This document shows positions 10,944-20,850 of a stretch of 64,000 nucleotides of DNA, one piece after another. The notes under the pieces were generated by a model. It was not told the DNA's origin. It saw only the letters and a program-made list of their open reading frames with translations, and made no database searches. The stretch comes from Octopus sinensis (Eukaryota). The stretch spans positions 54,622,001 through 54,686,000 of the forward strand of contig NC_043001.1 of the NCBI RefSeq assembly GCF_006345805.1. The letters are read 5' to 3'. The translations under genes were made by a program, and so were the position numbers. Every line of letters starts with the position of its first letter. The stretch's first letter is position 1.

Positions 10944-13043
10944 TCAAAATAGATGAACATCAATGGAATTTGTATCTTTGTGGTACCAGTGCCGGTGGCA
11001 CACAAGAATCCATCCGAACGTGGCCGTAGTCAGTACCGCATCACTGGCCATCGTGCTGTGGGCACATAACAAACACCATCCGATTGTGGCCGTTCGCCAG
11101 CCTCATCTAGCACCTGTGTCGGTGGCACATAAAAACACCATCCGAAGACCCGGCAAGACTAGTCAGGCCATAACCCATGGCCCCTACCTGGGACGTAGTC
11201 AGTCCACCTGTGCATACCTTCCTCCTTGTGATACTTGTAAGGCCTGTTGAGGCAAGTGAAAATCAAAATGAAATCAAAACAAATCAAAATAGATGAACAT
11301 CAATGGAATTTGTATCTTTGTGGCACACAAGAGAAAACCATCCGAAAGAGGCCGTAGCCAGTACCGCATCGACTGGCCTCCGTGCTGTGGGCACATGACA
11401 AACACCATCCGATCGTGGCCGTTCGCCAGCCTCATCTAGCACCTGTGTCGGTGGCACATAAAAACACCATCCGAAGACCCGGCAAGACTAGTCAGGCCAT
11501 AACCCATGGCCCCATACCTGGGACGTAGTCAGTCCACCTGTGCATACCTTCCTTCTTGTGACACTTGTGAAGACCTGTTGAGGCAAGTGAAAATCAAAAT
11601 CAAAATAGATGAACATCAATGGAATCTGTATCTTTGTGGTACCAGTGCCGGTGGCACACACTTTGTGGTACCAGTGCCGGTGGCACACAAGAGAAAACCA
11701 TCCGAAAGTGGCTGTAGCCAGTTCCGCATCGACCGGCCTCCGTGCTGTGGGCACGTAACAAACACCATCCGATCATGGCCGTTCGCCAGCCTCATCTGGC
11801 ACCTGTGTCGGTGGCACATAAAAACACCTTCCGAAGACCCGGCAAGACTAGTCAGTCCACCTGTGCATACCTTCCTTCTTGTGACACTTGTGAAGACCTG
11901 TTGAGGCAAGTGAAAATCAAAATCAAATCAAAATAGATGAACATCGATGGAATTTGTATCTTTGTGGTACCAGTGCCTGTGGCACACAAGAATCCATCCG
12001 AACGTGGCCGTAGTCAGTACCGCATCGACTGGCCATCGTGCTGTGGGCACATAACAAACACCATCCGATCGTGGCCGTTCGCCAGCCTCATCTAGCACCT
12101 GTGTCGGTGGCACATAAAAACACCATCCGAAGACCCGGCAAGACTAGTCAGGCCATATCCCATGGCCCCTACCTGGGACGTAGTCAGTCCACCTGTGCAT
12201 ACCTTCCTCCTTGTGATACTTGTGAAGGCCTGTTGAGGCAAGTGAAAATCAAAATGAAATCAAAACAAATCAAATCAAATCAAATCAAAACAAATCAAAA
12301 TAGATGAACATTAATGGAATTGTATCTTTGTGGTACCAGTGCCGGTGGCACACAAGAAAACCTACCGTACCGACTGGCCTCCGTGCTGTGGGCACGTAAC
12401 AAACACCATCCGATCGTGGCCGTTCGCCAGCCTCATCTGGCACCTGTGTCGGTGGCACATAAAAACACCATCCGAAGACCCGGCAAGACTAGTCAGGCCA
12501 TAACCTGTGGCCCCTACCTGGGACGTAGTCAGTCCACCTGTGCATACCTTCCTTCTTGTGACACTTGTGAAGACCTGTTGAGGCAAGTGAAAATCAAAAC
12601 AAATCAAAATAGATGAACATCAATGGAATCTGTACCTTTGTGGTACCAGTGCCGGTGGCACATGGCACACAAGAAAACCATCCGAACGTGGCCGTAGCCA
12701 GTACCGCATCGACTGGCCTCCGTGCTGTGGGCACGTAACAAACACCATCCGAGCGTGGCCGTTTGCCAGCCTCGTCTGGCACCTGTGTCGGTGGCACATA
12801 AAAAACACCATCCGAGCGTGGCCGTTTGCCAGCCTCGTCTGGCACCTGTGTCGGTGGCACATAAAATCACCCACTACACTCTCGGAGTGGCTGGCGTTAG
12901 GAAGGGCATCCAGCTGTAGAAACACTGCCAGATCTGACTGGACTGGTGCAGCTTTCGGGCTCCCCAGACCCCAGTTGAACTGTCCAACCCATGCTAGCAT
13001 GGAAAGCGGACGTTAAATGATGATGTTGATGATGATGATGATG

Positions 13044-13044
<1 letters not shown>
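10944..13044 (+). repeat. Tandem array of six ~310-370-bp units derived from the RTE LINE 3' UTR; only the last unit carries the terminal (gat)n tail
   Basis: Unit marker aaaatagatgaacat at about 10946, 11286, 11602, 11930, 12297 and 12606; homologous to 29527-30200 and 56085-56570. Confidence 0.92.
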
Positions 13045-13077
<33 letters not shown>

Positions 13078-13638
13078 ATGGCCCCCTTCAGTTACTATTC
13101 TATTCTGGTGGACCCCCATAGCCATTTGATGTTTAAAAACTAATTTTATGGATACTTCTTCCAAAATTATTATTCGGTTTAGCACACACTAACTTGTGTA
13201 ACTTGAATTATGTAAAAGTCAAACGAAGAAACCTGTTTCTTGCAATAAATACATCTAAAGCAAAATTTTCTCATGGACCCTTACAATAATACTGTGAACC
13301 CCAGTTTACTAATTTGCTTATGTGAACCCCACTTCCCAAAAGAAATTTATATAGACCCTGAACCCACTGCTCTAAACAAACATCTACCTTTTTTAAAACA
13401 GTTCACTAAGTAACTTTTAAGTTATATTTTTCTTCTATGAACTAGGATTTTTTTTTCATTTACTGAAAGGTGAAATGGATTAATTGCAGTGTAATAGAAA
13501 TGAATTTCTGGAGTAGAAATTCACCTAGGACACTTGCCAATATTAAGTTTTCTGTAAAGTCTGTTAGATCATTAAGTTATTGTTTACAATGAAGTGTATC
13601 TTTGTGTGTGTTAGTTCTGTTTTGATTAATCATACATG

Positions 13639-13770
13639 TAGCTTGCTTCCCAACCACATGGTTCCGGGTTCAGTCCCACTGCGTAGCACCTTGGGCAAGT
13701 ACCTTCTACTATAGTCTCGGGCCATCCAAAGCCTTGTGAGTGGATTTAGTTGACGGAAACTGAAATAAGC
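13639..13770 (+). mobile_element. tRNA-derived SINE family A
   Basis: gcttgcttcccaaccacatggttccgggttcagtcccactgcgtagcaccttgggcaagt...gacggaaactgaaa. Confidence 0.9.
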
Positions 13771-13774
13771 TTGA

Positions 13775-13818
<44 letters not shown>

Positions 13819-13819
13819 C

Positions 13820-13990
13820 CCCCAAAGAAAAGCACACTTGACAGACGTGCCGGCAGAGAGTGTCTTCAAATGCAGTCACTGTATGCATGACTGCTACTCC
13901 TGTGTGGGCTTGTACAGCCACAACAAACGCTGCACCACCATCAGCAGCTAATACTATTTCTTCAGGTGCAAATCCGCAGCTTCTTGAGAC
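13820..13990 (+). mobile_element. RTE(BovB-like) LINE extreme 3' coding end (C-terminal Cys/His motif)
   Basis: Frame SVFKCSHCMHDCYSCVGLYSHNKRC matches the RTE C-terminal FxCxxCxRDCxSRIGLxSHxRRC pattern. Confidence 0.7.
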
Positions 13991-14083
13991 CAACAAGGTG
14001 TCTAAAAGTTCATAAGTCAGGAAAAAGATGCACTCGTATGTCTGTCAATAGAGTGGGTATATTACCCAAAGTGTAAATATATA

Positions 14084-14402
14084 TATAGAGAACAGCCCAA
14101 TGGGGAGGAGCAGTGGAGAGAAGAGACATCAGGTAATGGTGGTGGGAGGAGAGAGAGATATCCGGTGTTGGTGGAGGGAGAAGATAGGGATAAAGATCAG
14201 GGTAAACGAAACGAAGGGCAACTGAGTTAGTTGCATATGTCCCGAGAGAGAGAGAGAAAGGGTCCTTCCTCTCTCTCTCTCCTGGGACATATGCAACTAA
14301 CTCAGTTGCCCTTCGTTTCGTTCTGTCTAGCGATTTCTCACCACCATTACCAGATGTCTCTTCTCTCAATCTCCCTTCCTCTCTGGTGCTGTTCTCTATA
14401 CT
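14084..14402. repeat. Fold-back element: perfect 39-bp inverted repeat (14205-14243/14284-14322), inner (GA)n/(TC)n stem, and looser outer arms
   Basis: aacgaaacgaagggcaactgagttagttgcatatgtccc is the exact reverse complement of 14284-14322. Confidence 0.95.
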
Positions 14403-14879
14403 ACCTGCACCCCCACTCTCTCCCTGAAAAATGCAACCAGGTTAGCTGCCCACCTACTTAACCAACTACCCTTTGTTTCGTTTTGTCCCATCTAGAAATA
14501 TTCCAACAACTACCCAGTGATTTTTCCATCCACATATCAAGTGAAGGAGACAGCTAATGGGCTGTACGTGTGTGCTTGTTCGCCTCTGTCTGTGTGCGTG
14601 CGTGCTTGTTTGTATGTATGGATGAACTTGCTTCCTCTCTCTCTGTCTGAAATCACCTCCCCCCTCTTACGATGATCATAATGCTTATACTCACAATACC
14701 GCTAACACCTAAAACACATAATCCTACCGCTAGTAGAAGCAACAATCTTAATCCTAACATGCTTGAATGTTTGAATCATGTCAGGTTAGAAGTGAGAACA
14801 GATGAACCATGCATAAAAAACGAACACGACAACCTCCCACTTTTTTTCAGGTACTGAATAACATCTCTCCTCCCCAAGC

Positions 14880-15205
14880 CTCACCCCACATTCCTTTCCC
14901 AGTTTTCAGAGTTGGCACAGTCAATGTAGGCATACTGAAAGGTAGGTCTAGTGAGATTGTAGAGATGCTTGAAAGGAGACGTGTCGATGTATGCTACATA
15001 CAAGAGGTAAGATGGAGAGGGGCTTCAGCTAGGGTCCTCACAGGCAAGGAACATAGGTACAAAATATTCTGGCAAGATAACATGGATGGAGTGGGGGAGT
15101 GTAAGCATACTCCTTGAGGAGAAATGGGTGGATAAGGTCATACAAGTTGTCAGGGTATGCAATTGAGTGCTTAAGCTCAGGCTGGTCCTGCAGAACAGCA
15201 CAGTG
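14880..15205 (+). mobile_element. RTE LINE 5' coding fragment: apurinic-like endonuclease N-terminus
   Basis: FRVGTVNVGILKGRSSEIVEMLERRRVDVCYIQEVRWRG (TxNV...QEVRW APE motifs). Confidence 0.85.
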
Positions 15206-15679
15206 CATGTACTATGGGTTATTTCCCTTGAGTGTTTAAATAAAATGTATTAGTTATATGTAGTAGATATAAGGATCCCTTCCAGGGGCCCTATTATCGA
15301 TTTTTCAACAATCTAAGGATATCACGAGGTTTCCAGACATGATGAGTTCTACTCAAGTGTCAAGTTTCATCAAAATCAATAAAATGATGGAGGAGGAGGA
15401 GGTAGCTAACAACTCCACAAATAAACACACCCACAGGCAGAATTTCCCACAAATGTAGTAGATATATATATATGCCTATGTTTATATATATATATATATG
15501 TGCATATATAGGTATGCTGGAGGTAGTAGGGGTTCACTCCCCTTACTAGCAATGTATTGTATGTAAAGGGTGCAGAGATTTCACTGAAAACCAGCTGGCA
15601 GAGAATCTGCCTGGGTTAAAATAGTAGTAGCATTCAACTACCACTTTGATGTGGCTACTTGCTTTACTATATATATATA

Positions 15680-15925
15680 TACACACACGTAAAAACACCA
15701 TTTGAGCATGGCCGTTGCCAGTACCACCTGACTGGCCCTTGTGCTGGTGGCATGTAAAAGCACCCATTACACCCTTGGAGTGGTTGGCGTTAGGAAGGGC
15801 ATCCAGTTGTAGAAACTCTGCCAGATCAGATTGGAACCTGGTGCTGCCATCTGGCTCATCAGTCCCCAGTCAAACCGTCCAACGCATGCCAGCATGGAAA
15901 GCGGACGTTAACCGATGATGATTAT
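15680..15925 (+). mobile_element. RTE-3'-tail repeat (SINE-like short copy)
   Basis: gttggcgttaggaagggcatccag...ccagcatggaaagcggacgttaaccgatgatg. Confidence 0.85.
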
Positions 15926-15965
15926 ATATATATATATATAATATATATATATATACACACACACA

Positions 15966-16060
<95 letters not shown>

Positions 16061-16229
16061 GTGTGTTTATATATATATATGTGTGTGTGTGTTTATATAT
16101 ATATGTGGAGAGTATTATAGTTCACTTGAAGCATTGTGTATTTGTAAAGAATAAAGTTTTGATTGGTACAACAATGCACTATAATACAGACAATGGGTTA
16201 TATACTTGTTGTAATTTAGTCATCCATAG

Positions 16230-16294
16230 TCTAGACGGCATTTTAAAATTTCTTTATTCTCTGTAACCTAGGCAATGCTGGGCATATCTGCTAG
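16230..16294 (+). mobile_element. Helitron 3' terminus (hairpin plus CTAG)
   Basis: cctaggcaatgctgggcatatctgCTAG followed by t. Confidence 0.6.
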
Positions 16295-16328
16295 TATATG
16301 CATATATATGTGTATGTTTATACACATA

Positions 16329-18018
16329 CACTTGCGTCGGAAATTAATTAGCACTTCTCAAATTTTTACATTTTCTTAATTTAATTAACTTATTATCAGA
16401 AACGAACTCGTTTTTAATCAAAAATTTATTAAAACATATCCCAGCACGCCACATAATTGTTATTAATCGTGAAATTTAGTCAATATCTTGTTGCTCCTCC
16501 TTTGGCAGCAATGACAGCTGCTATGTGGGTCGGCATGCTGTCTATGAGTGCCTGCAGGTACTGTGCAGGGATGGCCCCCCATGCAGCAAGAAGTGCCCCA
16601 AACAGCTCGTGTCGGTTCCTGTATTGTTGCACATTCAAATCCCTACCCAATTGACTCCAGAGGTTCTCAATAGGGTTCAGGTCAGGTGACTGGCCAGGCC
16701 AGTCCATGACCGTCACCCCATGGTCCTTGAAGAAACCGGTTGTGAGCTTGGCTGTGTGGGAAGGCGCGCTGTCCTCCTGGAGCAGTACTCCTCGCCACCA
16801 AAGAGGTATCCCGTACTATCTCAACGTACTTTGCTGCGTTGATGTTGCATAGAGCCGCCCAACACCACTGTAGCTGAACGCCCCTCACACCATCAGACCA
16901 CCCCCTCCTTGCTTCATGGTGGGAGCAATGCAGTCTTTGTTGAAGCGCTCACCCCTGCGGCATCGCACATGGACAGGCTTGTCACTGGCGAGACTGAATC
17001 GCGACTAGTCAGTAAACATCACTGTCCGCCACTGCTGCACGGTCCATGTCTTGTGGGCACGGGCCCAGAGCAGCCGCCTCTTCCGGTTTTGGGCTGTAAG
17101 GAGCGGCTTACGGGTGGCCCTACAGGATTTTAGACCAGCTTCCAGTAATCTGGTCTTGACGGTGGTTGTAGACAACTGCTTCCCTGTCATCTTTTGCATC
17201 TCCTCCGCCAGTTGCCGGCTCGTTGCCCTTCAGTTGTACAGTGACTTTCGGATCAGCATTCGGTCCTCCCGCTGGGTCGTCAGCCTCTTCCGTCCCCTAC
17301 CCTTTTTGTCAGCTGCTGATCTGGTTTCCTCGTATTTCTTAAATAAGCACTGAATTGTGCGCCTGGCTACACCAAGTTTCCTGGCTATTGCAACCTCCGA
17401 CAGCTTCCCACGCCACGAGAGAGCCTCGTACCGTCTCTCCAAGGTCATGCGAGGTCTTGGGCCCATCTAGGAATGAACGATAAAAACCAGTTATTTTCAT
17501 TAAAACTATTCATTTGAATAATGTTATGCTATAACAAAACTGCTATGAGTTATTATTCATTAAACAAAAAAGAAAGAAAGCAGAATTTCTCACCTTATTT
17601 GATGTATAACAGAAAGTTTTGTGAACTGAAAGTGACGTCACCAAGCAGAGTGTAGGAGAATTTGTGAGGAAAAAAAATCTTGCAAATACACAAATCAATT
17701 AACCTACGAGCTGTTCCAAACGTCTTACGCGATGAGAAAACTTAGTACGGTGTGATTTCGGTCCTTGCGAGGCGCTACCTATATCTATTAAACAAAGGAA
17801 GATTTGTCTGCATCCGCACTCCAAGTTGTTGTTGCACTACTATGTCAACATCATTAGGCTGTAGACTCTCAAACCGCTCTGCAAACAAAGTTATGTCATC
17901 GATCTGCACAACAGTGAACTCGCAACAAAGCAATAGTTCAAGATATGGCCACTAGGTGACAGCAAATACCTTGAGTGAAGAGCAAATCAAGGGTGCTAAT
18001 TAATTTCTGACGGTAGTG
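16329..18018 (-). mobile_element. Full-length Tc1-family transposon (1690 bp), 26-bp TIRs, TA target duplication, inactivated transposase
   Basis: TIRs 16329-16354 and 17993-18018 match 23/26; TA on both sides; HTH (GRGRKR), VMFTD, QEDSAPSH and WPGQSPDLNPIENLW motifs. Confidence 0.95.
16480..17466 (-). pseudogene. Tc1 DD34E transposase pseudogene
   Basis: ORF pieces 17230-17466, 17005-17199 and 16480-16716 separated by in-frame stops and a frameshift/deletion. Confidence 0.9.
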
Positions 18019-18207
18019 TATATATGCATATACGAAATCTGATCAATAAGTATAAAAATATATATGAACATACATATGTATATGCATGCATATACATATC
18101 TATGTTTATATATATATATGCTTGCATATGTTTTTACATATATACATATATATTCATATATGTGTGTATATTTATACGCATATATGTGCATATGTATGTG
18201 TATGTAT

Positions 18208-18490
18208 ATCATCATCATCGTTTAACGTCTGTTCCCCATGCCAGCATGGGTTGGACGGTTCGACTGGGGATCTGGGAAGCCAGAAGGCTGCACCAGGCTT
18301 CAGTCTTATCTGGCAATGTTTCTACAGCTGGATGCCCTTCCTAACGCCAACCACTCCGTTAGTGTAGTGGGTGCTTTTTACGTGCCACCTGCACAGGTGC
18401 CAGGCGAGGCTGGCAACAGCCACGGTCGGATTGGTGTATTTTACGTGCCACCAGCACGGGGGCCAGTCGAGGCGGCGCTGGCATCGGCCA

Positions 18491-18495
<5 letters not shown>
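18208..18495 (-). mobile_element. RTE-3'-tail repeat
   Basis: catcatcatcgtttaacgtc...ggatgcccttcctaacgccaacc...gtgccacc. Confidence 0.85.
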
Positions 18496-18528
<33 letters not shown>

Positions 18529-18563
18529 TATATATTCATATATATTGTTTGTTTATACAAATA

Positions 18564-19430
18564 CATGGTCCGATCAGTAAGTATCCAGACTGTTGCCATT
18601 GTAATGAAGCTAAGGCACGCAAAGTGAAGTCCCTTGGCACAGATTGACCTTAAACTCTGATGTGCATGCACTCTAAGTTTTACAGCAGTGTTTGGAAGGA
18701 ATGTGTGATCATCACATTGACCATCAACAGAGAAAGTTGAGCAGAGAATCTGCATTATATTTTGTGAAACAGTTGGCGATACCTGCTCAGAGGCCTATGC
18801 AAAGTTTTCAAAAAGTTTCCATCATTCTCGACACAATCAAGGAGATCTTGTGCATCTAAAACCCTAGTGTCTTTTTGGTCAGCTGAAAGCAGTTTTGGCA
18901 GAAACTTGGCAGACACATGTCTCATACCCAAATCTTCAGTGATAATGGACTGAACTGAACCATAACTAATCTGCACATCCTCTGATAACTCATACATGGT
19001 GATTCAATGATTTCCCTTCACAGCTGCATGCACATCTGTGATGTTTTTCTCAGTTCTGCTGGCAGCAGGTCTCCCAGGACGTTTATCAATATTGACATTT
19101 TTTTTTTTTGGGCCATCTTAGAAACGTCTGAAAACCTTGTACACTTGTGTGTGGTTCATACACTCCTCTCCATACACTTTCTGCTACTTTGTGTAGGCCA
19201 CTGAGCAGGTATTGCCATGACAACTTTCTCTGTCTTTGTCAATGTGATGATCACACACTACACACCTTCCTACTAAGCACTGCTGTAAACAGTGGAAGTG
19301 AGCTAGAATGTTAAAACTTAGTGCATCTGCACAGCAGAGTTCAAGATAAATTTTTGCCAAGTGGCTTCACTCTGCATGCTTTAGCTTTGTTACTCTGACA
19401 ACAGTCCGGATACTTATTGATCAGACTTCG
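18564..19430 (-). mobile_element. Internally deleted mariner element with TIRs and TA flanks
   Basis: Left catggtccgatcagtaagtatccagactgttg vs right reverse complement cgaagtctgatcaataagtatccggactgttg; ORF ...ITEDLGMRHVSAKFLPKLL...LKT. Confidence 0.85.
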
Positions 19431-19473
19431 TATATGCATATATATGTGTATGTTTATACATATATATGCATAT

Positions 19474-20200
19474 ACTGGCAGATATACTCGGCATTGCCTG
19501 GGTTACACAGAATAATGAAATTTTAAAATGCTATCTAGATTACGCAGGTCTCAACTGCTAGTAGTTCAGACACCAACTTAATAACTCTCCAACCCAATAC
19601 CAGCATGGAACATAGACGTTAAGTGAAATGTTAAAAGAAAGTTTTCAACTTAGATATGTATATAAAGTAAATACACATAATTCAAAAACACATTTTGTGT
19701 AGCTTATTTTCTAACAAAAAAAACAGGTACAGATTATAAACAATGAAAGTCAGATTTTGGTGATTCATTTGGTAGTAGAGAGCCAATCCAATGATAAATC
19801 TGACCTTGGATCTTGAAAGTTTGCATGAATCTTGGCTCAGTTAAATCTTTTGTGGCTCCAAATGATGTCATCTGTAGTGCAGCATTGTATTGTCTCATTT
19901 TGTTTTGGAAGTGCTTGGAATCTTGGCCAGTTGATGACAACAGTTTCTTCAATGGCTGTGGAGGTTGGGGGATAGCAGGGAGTTTAACCTTTCCACCACT
20001 GCAGCACAGTGCAGGTGTCTCTCCAGGTCACTTCCTTGCTTTACAATGTATGCACTCAGTTGTCATTGCACCAATAGAAACTCATCTGCATAATGAACTG
20101 CTGGATCATAGTTGAAAGCTGCTTCATAGAAGTTGCTTCTCTGAGCTGTTGCAACTGCTCTTCATTCTGCAGTGGATATCCTATTCCTTGTCAGCTGTTT
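19474..20200 (-). mobile_element. Helitron fragment: Rep N-terminal region joined to a 3' terminus
   Basis: CMHCKARKWPGETPALCCSGGKVKL...SKHFQNKMRQYNAALQMTSFGA...FKIQGQIYHWIGSLLP (helitron_like_N pattern); hairpin terminus at 19475-19505. Confidence 0.85.
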
Positions 20201-20488
20201 TAGATAAATTAACTAAGTGTATAGATTTAAGTGAAATTTATGAAGTTACTTCTGTCAGTAAATTATGTATGAAATTACTTTCATCAGTAATTGTGAACTT
20301 CTTTCTGTCAGTAATTTGCCATTTGTAAATAGCGATTGAAAACTTACAGTGAAAACAACAGCATCTGAAAAATGGAAGTGAAAACTATAGAGTGTGAGTG
20401 AGATATAGAGAGAGGGAGAGAGAGAGCTAGCTAGACAAGATAGATATAGATAGATAAATAAGATATAGACATAGAGATGGATAGACAT

Positions 20489-20594
20489 TTCTTTCAGTTT
20501 CTGCCTACAAAATCCATTCACAAGGCCAAAGAGCCAATGCAATGGGACTGAACCCAGAACCATGTATTTCAAAAGCAAACTTCTTACCACACAG
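20489..20594 (-). mobile_element. SINE family A (deleted)
   Basis: Reverse complement ggttctgggttcagtcccattgc...gtaggcagaaactgaaagaa. Confidence 0.75.
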
Positions 20595-20625
20595 CAACAT
20601 TTGTGTTAATTATATATTCAAATAT

Positions 20626-20850
20626 GGAGGCAGCGAGCTGGCAGAAACGTTAGCACACCGGGCGTAGCCGTATTTCGTCTGCCGTTACATTGTGAGTTCA
20701 AATTCCGCCGAGGTTGACCTTGCCTTTCATCCTTTCCGGGTCGATAAATTAAGTACCATTTACGCTCTGGGGTCGATGTAATCGACTTAATCCCTTTGTC
20801 TGTCCTTGTTTGTCTCCTCTGTGTTTAGCCCCTTGTGGGTAGTAAAGAAA
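20626..20850 (+). mobile_element. SINE family B
   Basis: ggcagcgagctggcagaaacgttagcac...gagttcaaattccgccgaggttgaccttgcctttcatcc. Confidence 0.9.

Noticed and set aside
10963-13000. Many overlapping 60-130-aa ORFs with repeated peptides
   Set aside because: Translations of the LINE-UTR tandem array, open in several frames on both strands.
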